Notes under the pieces: generated by a model
Seen by the model: the letters and a program-made list of their open reading frames with translations, nothing else
The model's database searches: none
Told to the model about the DNA's origin: nothing
Made by a program: the position numbers and the translations under genes
Part shown: positions 1 to 11,759 of the stretch, piece by piece
How positions within the stretch are numbered: the stretch's first letter is position 1
How the letters are laid out: each line of letters starts with the position of its first letter
Source: Phoronis australis
Taxonomy: Eukaryota; Animalia; Phoronida
Direction of reading: 5' to 3'
NCBI GenBank assembly: GCA_002633005.1
Contig: NMRA01000008.1
Span: forward strand, 1,466,013 to 1,502,917
DNA: 36,905 nucleotides

Positions 1-205
1 TGATGATGGTGGTGATGATGGTGATGATGTTGATGATGATGGTGATGATGTTGGTGATGATGATGATGATGATGATGGTGATGATGGTGGTGATGATGAT
101 GATGGTGACGATGATGGTGATGATGGTGATGATGGTGATGATGATGATGGTGGTGGTGATGATGATGGTGATGATGATGGTGATGATGGTGATAACGATG
201 ATCAT
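1..205. repeat. (GAT/GGT)n imperfect trinucleotide microsatellite, running off the window start
   Basis: Continuous tgatga/tggtga array; it explains the poly-M/V ORF 3..266. Confidence 0.97.
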
Positions 206-1053
206 GGTTTCAACTTATTATCTCATATTGAGTGGATCCTACAGTAATGTAATTGTCGTCCCGTGAGAGAACATCTATCGAATTAGACGTGAAAAACAGC
301 TTTGCATCTCCAACTAATGGATTCCTCTGTGTGCACAGGCCCCAGGGTAATAGAACCGTTTGCCTATTTACTCACGGTCTGCACTGCTGATATTGGCTGC
401 AATACTAGTTTAGGCCTATTGCGAGCTGGGTGTGGACTTGTGGACTACGCATTAACTCGGTAAGGGAAGACTGGGTGAGGGTAAGCCATGCTTTGTTCAA
501 TTAATAGTTTTTCTAAAGAAACACACTGGAAAAGCGAGTGAAGAAGACGAAAATGTTATATCCGCAAACTGTCGGACTTATGGTAAACTCATAAATGTTT
601 CGAAAATGTTAACGATAATGACAATAGTAACTCCGTCAGAAAATGGAGTTGTATAGAGTCTGAAATATACTCTTAAATCTTCGCTAAACATTAGGTTGGC
701 AACAAGAGTTTGCCTGGACCTAGACTTCCATTTCCTCGCGACAGCAATCTATTTACAAAAAAATAAGACCGATCGCTGCTAAAACGGTTGTAGGCATGTC
801 ATTACAAACGCGGCGGTGCGTTTTTTTAGAAGAAGGAAAATGTTGCGTCTGACAATTGTTGATGCTCATATTGAATCACAACCTTCGTGAGTCACATTAA
901 CAAACTATTTGTAAATCAATGGCCGTTTTATCTGAGACCGGACTTATGACCGCGGTTTGTGGGAATTCCCGATGGTGCGAGGAAATGGAAGTTTAACTCG
1001 CTTGATTGAGTTATTATTTTTCTGAATTTGTTCCGTTTCTTTCAGATGCTACC

Positions 1054-1512
1054 ATGAAGTACGAGCCACGACCCGGTTTTTACCACAAGTATGGGCTGAT
1101 TCTAGGCATATTCCACATAGTGTTAGGAATCGTATGCTTTGCACTCGGTCTTACTACCGTTCTACAGAACAGTTCTGCAAACGAATCCTTTTTCTCGGAA
1201 GTCTGGGTAGAGGTATTCTTCCTCGCTTGCGGCGTCACTGGCATTCTGTCATGGTACTACAAAAACTTGGCCACCATTATCGGCTTACTCATACTTTCTC
1301 TCGTATCTGTTACTATGGCTTTTATTTTGCTCGGCAGTTCGGCCTACGTTGCGTCTAACCATTCATCTGAGCTCACACACATTTTGCTGTCATTCTTCGG
1401 CTTTGCGGAAATGGTCACCAGCGTCGCGTCTGTGGCGCTGTGCTGTCGCGCGTTGTGTTGTAATTACGAGATAAGCCAGCCGTCACGAAAAATAGACCAA
1501 GAACATACATAG
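1054..1512 (+). CDS. CD20/MS4A-like four-transmembrane protein, 152 aa, single coding exon
   Basis: Polypyrimidine acceptor ttccgtttctttcag ends at 1045, followed by ATG in a Kozak-like context (accATG, 1054) and TAG at 1510-1512. Four hydrophobic segments: LGIFHIVLGIVCFALG, VWVEVFFLACGVTGI, IIGLLILSLVSVTMAFILL, ILLSFFGFAEMVTSVASVALCC. A Cys-rich juxtamembrane tail (LCCRALCC) is typical of invertebrate MS4A-like proteins. An upstream coding exon cannot be excluded. Confidence 0.8.
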   Translation: MKYEPRPGFYHKYGLILGIFHIVLGIVCFALGLTTVLQNSSANESFFSEVWVEVFFLACGVTGILSWYYKNLATIIGLLILSLVSVTMAFILLGSSAYVASNHSSELTHILLSFFGFAEMVTSVASVALCCRALCCNYEISQPSRKIDQEHT

Positions 1513-1598
1513 AATCACTGGATTGTCTAAACTTGAGAACGTATGGCATGGTTGACAAAAAGGACGAAAAAGAATTTATTTCATGAATTACGCTTCTG

Positions 1599-1748
1599 GA
1601 CTGGGTAACATAAAACTTTTAAATTCATCCGATGGATAACTTTAATTTTTGCATGGCGTCAAGCACCTTCTTCGAAAATGGCAACGTGACGTGTGATGAT
1701 GTGACGTCATTGTTATTATACAGCATGGAACTTTTATGTAACCGGGCC
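1599..1748. mobile_element. Degenerate PIF/Harbinger-like MITE
   Basis: Left end ctg|gactgggtaacataaaac and right end cttttatgtaaccgggcc|ctg form an imperfect TIR (about 15/21 including flanks), with CTG on both sides. Confidence 0.4.
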
Positions 1749-2525
1749 CTGAAAAGGAACTGGACATTTTTTAACACTGCATCACTACCACAGAGTTTGG
1801 CCTGGGATAACCTGACTTGTCGTCCGCCTCCCGCTGCACCGAGACGAGCTTGAAATCAGCTGAACTGTTGTTTGAATACTGGAGCACCACCAGACTTCGG
1901 GGCTGAAAATGTCTGTATTTTCCTATTTGAATACTGTTACACCGTTGCCACGAGTTGTGTTTGAAAAGGACCGATGTATTGTGCGTGTTCTGTCACACAA
2001 CCGCGAGTTGAAAAAAATGGATTGTTTTTAACAGAATGCGACTATTGAGCCCGAAAAATCATAATGGTTCTTGTTTCGTTTTTTTTCTGAAAATCGAGTC
2101 GGTGGTACTGTCCACCTAAGACGAGCAAAAATTGTGAAAGATTCGCTTTTTTCGTTCTTTTACTCATCGCTTGACAAATCGTAACGTTTTGAACCTTGTT
2201 GACAGTTGTTTACGTTTCTTTTGCAGCTTTTCCAAAAATGAGACCTTGGTTGAAATCGATGAGAGAACACGTTTCTTTTTAATCCTGTGAGTACAGGTCT
2301 CAGAACGAGTCATGGTAGATACCAGAACAAACTGGCTTTTTAGTCTTATTGATCGAGTTTAAACAACAATTGTTGTCTGAATAATAGCTATCGCTATGGA
2401 CAGAGTGAAAATACTAAACTGTTGTTAAAATGCTCTGGCAATACTCCGTGCCTGGACTGTACTCAGTTTTAATATTGCAGCAATGCCGGAAAACACCGGA
2501 AGGGTTATTTCATTCATGTAGCCAG

Positions 2526-2672
2526 CCTCCCGTTCAGTAACGCTAAGATCTCGCTAAAAAGCAAGACTTCGCGAGATTACGTGAGATATTGCCGTGTATT
2601 AATCAAATCACGTGACTTTGACTAGATTTTAGCTAGGTCCTAGCGTAGGTCCTAGCGTTATTGAACGCACGC
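2526..2672 (+). mobile_element. MITE family A, copy 1 (~150 bp, 3-bp TSD CAG; PIF/Harbinger-like)
   Basis: Subterminal inverted repeat cgttcagtaacgcta...tagcgttattgaacg. CAG at 2523-2525 and 2673-2675. Near-identical to 14882-15031 (reverse) and 27967-28120. Confidence 0.92.
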
Positions 2673-4699
2673 CAGTTATCGGATTGGTGCAAAATTGCGG
2701 TTAGCGTACGATTTGATTTTTTCTCCTAACACCCCCAACCCCTCCCGTCCGCGGTCACTCCCAATTGTTCCACGCCCTGGATCGACAGCTGTTCACGTCG
2801 CAGATTCCTCAAACTAAATTAGAATTAACAAAATCGTTGGCCGATTGGTCCTCAGAGCAGACGTCATATGTCAATAGACGAAGCAACACCTGCACCACCG
2901 GTTCAGTTGCACATAAACAAAACAGTTGTTGACAAGTGAGGTTTGAAATCAACTAATACTAGTTGTTTGCGCACTGTAGAACTACTACGCTCTTCTAATG
3001 TGGTGTTTAAATACTGCAGCACAACCACGAACCGTGTTTAAAATCAAATGGAATAATGTTAGAACATTGTAGGGTGACCAAGAATCGGCTTTGTTGTTTG
3101 AATATTGTAGGAGAGTTCTCAGGCGATTCTGGAAAAGTATATAATGGCCCATTAATCTAACTATTACGATCAGTCGGAAGAAAGTCTCCAATGGGAATAA
3201 GACGAATCAGACAGTCAGCTTAAAACAAAATAAGTCATTCATTTGATTCTCATTTAGAAACAATTATCTGAAGCACATGAAAACATATGGAGTACGCCAC
3301 TGTCGTTATCTTTCGCAATACAAAGGTTACACTTAGCATAATCGGTTCTGGTCTGAGCTCGACTCATTTTGAAACATGCGCCTGGCATCAGGCGACAATG
3401 GGGTAAAAAAGAAAGGTGCCGACTCATTTCAGCTTTCATCAGGTGACGTTGGGGGAAAAAGAAACTGGGTTCAAATGACTTTTTTGAAAACATGAACGGC
3501 TAAATAAGTACCGCATCACCAAATCAATTTTCCAAAAACAATTGTGCTATTTTCTTTGGCCTGATCTGTATTTTGAACTTGTATAGAATATCTGTACTTT
3601 TACTACGTAATTGTGTGAGCATGTTTTTATGTGGTAGCATCTATTTACTTTATAATAAATACATAAAAAACCAATTACTGTAATGACAACATTGCTGCAA
3701 AGTATCGCCAGGAATCGGGATGATTTCATGGTGACGAATAAGCTTCGAATGGCTAAACGAGTGCCGATTGAACCAAAGATGAGTTCCACTTTATTGATCG
3801 CAAGTGATGTACTAACACAGTTTGACGTTTTGATCCCCAAATGACTTCGAATGACTGATGTAAGTATGTGAGCATTGGGCTATGTCACTGACCTGAAATA
3901 TATATGCAATCGTAGTCGGATACAAGATTTAATGAGGGTTTTCTATGCTTCAATTTACGAAACGACCTGTAGCCTCGTTCATACCGCGAGCACGCAGTCG
4001 CCCTCTATCGGAACACTTCGAGTATTTTTTAACTCTATTTTAACTTCAGAGGTAAAATTTCTTTGCGCATGGGCGGACTTCAATCATATATAGCAAATCA
4101 CGGAAATTTCAAACTGGGGAATGATTGGCTGCGTGACTGAAATTCGCGCATGCGTAGATAACGTTCACCTGGGGAAATTTGAGGCTTCGAAAGTACCCAA
4201 CTCTGAGGTGTTCCGAGTGAGTCGTCTTCGTGTAGACTATTTGTGACTGTATTGACTTCCTGTCTGGGAACTTACCGAGTTACTTCTGCATTGTATAAAA
4301 GCTGTAGAGAATACATGAAATACCGTTTGTTTGTTGTTTTATTCGTACCTAATCATTTTTTCGGAGTCTATGTTTTTAACGGATCTAAGTATCCTATAAG
4401 CAGAACAAGACTAATACAATTGTGTACAGACTCTGAACTGGGCCCCTGACTCTTCCACAGCCTCTATGTAAAGTCGGCACTATTAAACTCCGAGTGACGA
4501 TGTTGCCCGTTGCAGAGCGGCATCAGTAACACTGAGACCTGAATTTGCTTAGGGACCAGTTTGTGCCCTCACTCGTTGTGAGGGTCAGCCTTCGTTGTTA
4601 AGTTACTTGGCGTCGTTTTTACGACAGATCTCGAGTCAGAAGACAATAGAATCGCCTAGTCTGTAACAGGAACTAGTCTAAACGACATGCAGCTTCCAC

Positions 4700-5150
4700 C
4701 GTTTGTGGTGATGGTGGTGGGGGTAATGGTGGTGGTGGCCATGGTGGTGGTGGTAGGGATGGTTGTAGTGGTAGTGGTAATCAGTGGTATTTGTGAGATT
4801 GGCTGTGGTGCTGATATTAGTGGTTGTGATAGATGTGATAACGGTCGTGGTCGTCGTGGTGTTGGTGGTTGTAATTGCATTGGTGGCGGCTCTCGCTGTG
4901 GTAGTGGTGGTGATGGCTGTCATGGTGATGGTTTGTGGGAAGTGGTGACGTTGGTATTGGTGGGGATTGTAGTTGTAGTAGCAATTTGTGTGGTCATGTT
5001 GGTGTTGGTCGTTTTAGTGATGGTAGTGGTGATGGTGGTCGTGGCTGCGGCAGTGGTGTTGGTTGTGGTACTTATGGCTGTTACAGCAGAGATGAGTACC
5101 ATCATCATTACAATAATCACCATCCCCACCACCACAACCGTCGCCACAGC
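4700..5150. repeat. Degenerate (GGT/GAT)n low-complexity tract, switching to complementary (CAT/CAC)n at ~5098
   Basis: Seen directly; it explains several V/T/G/H-rich ORFs on both strands. Confidence 0.9.
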
Positions 5151-6325
5151 TGCTGCTGATAAGCCAATTGATGAAAAAGAGTTTCGTACTTCACTCTTCC
5201 GAATCGATTGCCTTTCCGGATTTTGAAACTAAGTCGACTGCAATATATCTGGTTAATTTTGTACCCAAGTGTTTTATTAACGATCATACGGATGAGTCGC
5301 AATCTGCGATACAGATGAAATTGACACAAACTAATGAGATATAAAAATCAAATATCACACCCGAGAGGTGTTTTAAGACCAAAAGCACGTCGCAGCGCAG
5401 GATATTGTTAGACATGTAATACCCATGGCAATCCAAAGCGAGTGCTGTGTGTATTTATAGGGAATCGTTAACGGTGCCAACTATAAAATATCGTGAAAAT
5501 TCGTCGATTTGCTTTTGGGCATCTCATGAAACAATTGCACAATTTATTTATGTATCTCAAGAGAGTATCTATTATCTAGTAACACATCGTGCTACTGTTG
5601 CTGTAGTAGCAGGTCTAGAATGGCGTCACCAACAACAATGTTAGAGGGAAAAACTTTCGTGTATCTCTTAAAACGGAATAATGGCGACGGTTTTGAGATC
5701 CCGCTCCATATGTAAATCTGTCTATGCGTTGTTAAAGATTGCATATGTCATTTGCAAAAAATGACAAACAACGGAAGTGGCTTGAGAGTCAAACCCTATG
5801 ACCTATTTTACTTACGAGAAATTTTCTTAATGAAACTGATCAATAACGTTTTCGTGCTATTTCGAAACAAAAACAAAATCTTTCAAGTTTACCGTATAAG
5901 CGCTTCACTGCAAAGTTTGCTTATATTCAAAATCAGTAGCATGTGCTGTGTAGCCTACGTGAAACGCCTCAGAAAAAAGAGCAATTTTCAAAAATATGTG
6001 TGAGTGGGAGTTTTTTTTGGAAAGAAGGAAGTTACATTTTTATTAGACATTCGTAATGGGTTATGCATTAGTTGCCAATGTCAGTGTGAAAATTGGTCTG
6101 TAGTGATTTCAGTGAAGGCAAACTGAGTCAGTATATGACGTTTCAATATTTGGTTACAGGGATGAATTGATCGCAGTATTTATTTTCTCACATGACCTGG
6201 AATTTGTTACAACACGACTGGTTCATAATACCGATTATACCACAATATTAGCCTCGAATGGCAGATACAACCGTGTAATAACCTATAAAGTTATATCACT
6301 AGTGAGATAACATTTTGGCGGGAAA

Positions 6326-6398
6326 CTGAGGCCGGATTCGTACCTGGGCACCAAGAGTTTGAAGTCGCCGACTTTAACCACTACACAGCTGAGCGGCT
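6326..6398 (-). pseudogene. tRNA-derived module (tRNA pseudogene, SINE head or repeat-borne)
   Basis: Minus strand reads GCTGTGTAGTGGTTAAAG (A-box-like), CTTCAAA (anticodon-loop-like) and GGTACGAATCC (B-box-like). Stems are degraded. A near-perfect palindrome ttatatcactagtgagataa lies adjacent at 6291-6310. Confidence 0.6.
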
Positions 6399-6918
6399 GA
6401 CGTCATCGAACGTGAAAATAGGATACTTATGAGCACGTGCAACAATCGCATGTTCAGCAAAGGGCATTGCACCGACATTTATACGCTGTGAAAACTAAGA
6501 CGCATGATTTCCATAAAAACGATACAGTGAAATTTTTCTCTCGTGTTCTCTCACTTGTAAATGACCGATCTCCAATTTGAATGCGAGTATCCTTTGACTT
6601 GAGCATTATAGTCAGTTACTAGTGGTAACCTATTTTAGCAGACGATATTTTCCCGGTCGAAGCTTAGCGTGATCAAATGTGTAGTAAGCTATAATAGTTG
6701 CTTAACCCTAATTTATAGATTCACTTTATTTCTATTTTGTTTTATTTTTCAATTGGTTTTGGGTAAAAGCATTATTTGACAAAAATAGCTCGGCATTTCT
6801 TAGAAGGTCACGACCTCCGACCCCGGGCCTCTGACATAGAAAGTAGTTACAAAGCCGAGGCGAGTCGAGAAAGGTAGATCGATTCATTGCAATGTTTCTC
6901 GTTCAGTATGTGGTATAA

Positions 6919-7080
6919 ATAGATTATTACATGTTCTCAGTCGTTATCCCCCTTATCTAGAGCCCTCGTGGATTTTGTAGAATTATCACCCTCGGGGCTA
7001 ACGCCCCTCGGGCGATAATTCTCCAAAATCCTCCGGCTCTAGATAACGGGAGATAACGACTTCGCCATGTAATAATCTAT
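6919..7080. mobile_element. Fold-back MITE (~160 bp, near-complete palindrome, TA-rich ends)
   Basis: atagattattacatg...agtcgttatc...ttatctagagcc...ggattttgtagaattatcacc pairs with ggcgataattctccaaaatcc...ggctctagataa...gataacgact...catgtaataatctat. Confidence 0.88.
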
Positions 7081-7599
7081 ATGTACGTAATTTTTTTGAT
7101 ATTATGTGGACGAATCACAAAGTAGTGCAAAGTAGAAATCCGTACGCTTCAGAAAGCCTCGGGAGATTGACGAAATTTCCAAGAGGTTTTGCCCATGTCA
7201 TAAACCTGACACTCGTGTAGGATTCTCTATATCTGATACCGTATTCGGGATCATGGATACATGAACGCACATAAAATTTCTGAACTGTTATCAGTTTGGT
7301 TCACCAACTCAACTCGAGCGAGCAGCTTAGCTAGTCAGTCGAGATCCATGTTATGCTGTTCAAGCTTCGTTGTGGCATTGGATGTTAACCGTGCATACAT
7401 TTTAAGGATGGTCTATTAGACCAAATGCCCGCATTTTAAAACCAACTTGGTCAATAAATGGCGGATGAATAGGCAATTTGGAACATGTTACACAATATCC
7501 CTTCACATTTTGCATTGGAAATGGTAAGGGTATGTTTTCGTAAATTAGATAATTGAAAACATCTGGAAATTACGGTTGACAAATACACGGTATCAAGTT

Positions 7600-7760
7600 G
7601 AGCATAGCGCGTGCGCATTAGAGTGATGAAGAATTACTAGTGTAAACAAGCCGATTTTTACATTGCACTCAACGAAGACTCGACAATAAAATGCAGGTTT
7701 CTCATAAAATAGCTCATAAAATGTGAAAATAGGGTATGCTATCATTACCTGAACATTGCG
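7600..7760 (+). repeat. Dispersed repeat fragment related to 22150-22310
   Basis: gtaaacaagccgatttttacattgcactcaacgaagactcgacaataaa (7642) resembles gtaaacaaagccgatttttgcatatgctctaaggagactggactgaataaa (22188). Confidence 0.5.
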
Positions 7761-8459
7761 GGGTTGTTTGACAGAGAAGCTCTCTGAGTAGTCAAGAAGG
7801 TGGATATTTTGTGATGTTCTTCAACATGGGTGTACGCAAAATTTGTCTGACAGAAAAAAGGGCGTGTGGGACAACTACATGAAAATTAGTTTTATCAGAT
7901 TGTACTCTCCCAACCACTTACATGGGAAAAGCACGCGAATTGATTTGTTTACTCTAAGTAGATATCAGAGGTGGCAGACAAAACCGTGGACTGTGTATTG
8001 GTAAAAAGGAAAACAAAGATGGCTGACAAAAATTAGCAGGACACTAATGTAACATATGTCAGTGCATTTTTCGTAATGTTTCCATTAGTCTGAAAAGTGA
8101 TCACATTCATGAGAATTTTATCAGTCAGGTGTATCCTAGATTCACAGAAAATTATATATTTGTTTAAAATGATAAAAGGTGGCATCATTTGAGAATACAA
8201 AGCTAGCTTGCTCTGAGTTTTATCTTGTACTGCTTTTAACGAAAATGAAGTTAGCCCAAAAGAATACTATCATTAAAACTTGTCTGCGAGCAGAGTAACC
8301 AGAATTTTATTGTTTTTGGTCTGAATTATTACAACTATAATAGGAATAGTATAAAGTACCGGGTGAAAGGGCCGACTTGAGGCATGACATCTGAGGGTGA
8401 GGGACCTTGTCCACGAAATTATTCAAGACATTTTACGTTATATTCTGTTGCAAATTTAA

Positions 8460-8691
8460 GATAAGCGTTTGTTATTGTGTGCTCTAATACAGTATGATTT
8501 CCTCGTGTGAGTTTCTAGTTCATGTTTGTACTTGATGACCTCTAGGCTCGAGTTACAAACTGTAGTAAAAACTCGAGATTTCGAGCTCAGACTCGAACTT
8601 ATATATTTAAAGCTGGGGTCATCAAGTGCAAAGTAGCCAGCCCCCCATGTAAATCATAATGTTCTGGAGCATAGAATAATAGACACTTATC
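8460..8691. mobile_element. TTAA-flanked fold-back MITE (Kolobok-like)
   Basis: ttaa|gataagcgtttgttattgtgtgctctaatacagtatgattt matches the reverse complement of aaatcataatgttctggagcatagaataatagacacttatc|ttaa. Inner pair tttgtacttgatgacc / ggtcatcaagtgcaaa. RR...YY termini with TTAA flanks. Confidence 0.75.
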
Positions 8692-9923
8692 TTAAGTTCT
8701 CTACAAAGTAGAATGGAAAGTGACATCAATAATTTTGAGTTCCATTTCGAGTACAAAGATTAGACCCTGGGGCCTGATGTTTTCTGCAACAATTACAACC
8801 ATTTCAGCAAACACGATTGGCAATTTGTATCAGCATGTGCTCAGCGTAATAAATATTGGTTGATAGATATGGCTATTAGCGGGTACGATAGGTAAATTGC
8901 CTATTTAATGGAACTGCATCGGCCTTTATCAAACCACAAACATGGTTCTGTTGGTGTGCCTACCTAGACACTTATACCAACACAGTTTTACCAAGACAAT
9001 TTTTAATCAAGAATCACAGAAAACACAATTTGCCATGAATGACACCATGAATATTTGAAAGGTGACAATGTTTCATTAATTTTACAAAAAAAAATTTACA
9101 AGCAATTTATTTTCATTACATCTTCGTGTACAATTAAAATATTGGAACATTGCAATGCACCAAAAATTAGCAATTTAGGGTACAAATAAAAACTCTAATA
9201 AATTGGCGAATCTTCATCATATTCAATTTCAGTCTTTATCCATGTCTCCATGAATATGCAATAATACAACTTCTGCAGTTCCTTATTGCTTATATTTCCA
9301 CGGGGTCGCCCAAATTGTTTCAATAGTGTTGCTGTAGACTGTAAGCGACTTTTTACTCCAGAGGAGGAAATTGTTGGCGGGCGAGCGAGCCAGAGTTTGA
9401 CGAAGTTGACTTTGTGTTGATTGGGTACTTTTCTATGAACTTGTGATGTGTCCTGATTGTGACATGGGAGGAGCGACTCAGGTAAACGTGGGTGAAAAGT
9501 AATCCAGAGTATTGAGGTCCACTTCTTTCCTACTTTTCACAGCTATATTTGCGTCATAATCGTGCTTTTTGTTAACAAAATATCATTGCTCTTCTTATAC
9601 TCATTATTTTAAACAGCTTGAAAACGTAATTTCATCACTTGTTTAGTATAGACATCAAAACGGTCCGGGTATTTGTTGGTACTGTAGATTGGCGGGAACC
9701 GGAACCGTCGTCTCTTGCTTTCTCGCGAGATCTCTTATGGTTATCAACCTCATGTATACTCTCATCCCAAGCAGACGACACTTTGCTTGTTCAATGAGGA
9801 ATTTAGTGATTTTTTAATAATTAAAATGAACGTGGACTCCTGAACACCCCTCTGAAATTAGTTTTTCTCCCTGTGCATGGTCTTGACATTGTCATTCGTG
9901 ACTTGTGTCCTGGAGGTGTTTAA

Positions 9924-10822
9924 AGGCGAAGGTAACCTTTTTCATGTCATTTTTAGCAAAATTAGGTTCGTTGGTTATCCCAGACATATTTTCAACTTAA
10001 TTGCAGCTTTTCGTAATTTAACTAAATATTCGTTCTCTACTCCGGCAGTGACGTTTTGGGAGGCAAGCATTTCCCGCCAATTTCTTTTCATATAGTCTGA
10101 CTATGAGAGCTGTCGCGTCAGTCATTGATCTACCTCCGTTGAGATAAGTTCGGTCGTCGTTTGCTTTTGTTTACGAGTCAGTCAACATGCCACACTGTTG
10201 CTGCGTACCGGGATGTACTCATTATGGCCCAAAGCCTGTAAGCAGCCCTGCTGCGATGTTGAGTAGTGGGAGTGAATACAGGTCCAGTCAGTGAAGAGTA
10301 CAATTCGTCGTTCAATGAACAGATCGGTGAGACAAACTTTGATAAGTTTATTGTGGACTTGTTTAAAGAATTGGAACTATTTAGAAGGTGCCAGGTGTCT
10401 GGCGAGGGAGTCACATGGCGGGGTGTAAGCAGTTTGTGTACTCAGGTCGCTATCCAGTGGGAGTGTGTCGCGGTACACTCGGGCAAATGGGACAGTTGTT
10501 GCTCTGTCCGTGAGACAATAATGAGTACATCCCGGTACAAAGCAACAGTGTGGCATGTTGACTGACTCGTAAACAATAGCAAACGACGACCGAACTTATA
10601 ACAACCGAGATAGAACAATGACTGACTCGGCAGCTCTCACAGTCAGACTATATGAAAAAGAAATTGGAGCGAAATTCTTGCCTCCCAAAACGTCACTTCC
10701 GGAGTAGAGAGCGAATAATTAATTAAATTACAAAAAGCTATAATTAAGTGGAAAATTTATCTGGGATAACCAACGAACCTTATTTTTGCTAAAAAGGACA
10801 TGGAAAATGGTTGTCTTCGCCT
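9924..10822. mobile_element. Non-autonomous Kolobok-like DNA transposon, ~300-bp TIRs, TTAA TSD
   Basis: ttaa|aggcgaag...cttcgcct|ttaa. Arms 9924-10225 and 10518-10822 align along their whole length. The 292-bp spacer translates to a Cys-motif fragment (KFIV...ELFRRC...WEC...HSGKWDS). Confidence 0.9.
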
Positions 10823-11487
10823 TTAAACACAGCAGACGAATCATCCTCACCTGCAGCCCTTCTATGCTAATACATACGTTTTAAAAAGCAGATTGTTACC
10901 CATCTTTACAGCTCAACATATCATATATCTTTTTTAATTATCCTTATCTGTAGTAATTTAGTTTGTCATAATATATACGACCTGTCAACTCACCCTCACG
11001 TGTTGTTTCACCGTAAACTAGCTTCTGTATCGCTTCGCAGTTAGTGCATATAAAAATTGTGTCTGTTTCCCCATCAGTTCTCTCCTTCACACGGAATCCC
11101 TTACATAATTCCACAAACACTCTTTCTTTTTATCCTTAGGATAGACAAGTAGCTGCCATAACGTTCTGAGGTATAATGATGTGACAATATAGTCACTTGT
11201 CAAAACAAGGTAAATGGTGGTTTAAGAACTTTAAAGGTTGTGAGAGGTTATCCTTTATGCAATAAAATCTTCTCTTGCAATTTCCCGGGTCATCCGTAGA
11301 ATAGACTATATTGGGAAATTGTAGGCCATGGGATATGTAGCAGGCTGATAAGCAATGCAAAAATATGTACTGGATCAGCATATTGTTCCAATTTGTCCTG
11401 TTGTATGAATGTCTACAAGCTACAACCGTGAGGACACGTGAGAGTGGAGTGGTTCTCCCCAGGGACATTTGAAACGCTCATCGCCTA

Positions 11488-11759
11488 GCCGGGGCGAGCG
11501 GTGACGAGAAGCTGTGAGCTGAGTTGTCGTCCTCAAACGATCTGTAGCGCAGCTCATAAACCTAGTTGTAGCTCGATGCCGGTTACCTGCACTCATCGAG
11601 AAAAATGGTTGTCAGTTGATGCAATAGTTATTTTTCATTGGTTTCCGAAGACTATCGACCAAGCGCTCGGTTTTCAGCGCTCGCACGTTGTGAGGATCTG
11701 CTACGCACTTCACTGAGGTAAAAGCGAAGTGAAACATTCGCCTCACCGCTTCACAAGGC
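11488..11759. mobile_element. Old degenerate inverted-repeat element
   Basis: gcc......agcggtga...gaa pairs with ttc...tcaccgct......ggc. An inner pair cctcaaacg...agcgc / gcgct...cgttgtgagg is also present. Confidence 0.35.

Noticed and set aside
3-266. Poly-Met/Val ORF
   Set aside because: Translation of a microsatellite.
1006-1053. N-terminal extension of the MS4A-like ORF from TTG
   Set aside because: Non-ATG start; the region up to 1045 is a polypyrimidine tract and splice acceptor.
4656-5226. Overlapping Val-, Thr-, Gly- and His-rich ORFs
   Set aside because: All arise from the triplet low-complexity tract; no splice or domain support.
6326-6398. Functional tRNA-Sec or opal suppressor gene
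   Set aside because: Anticodon, T and acceptor stems do not pair; no long variable arm.
11193-11468. Minus-strand ORF with a hydrophobic stretch and Cys residues
   Set aside because: No recognisable family or supporting exon structure.
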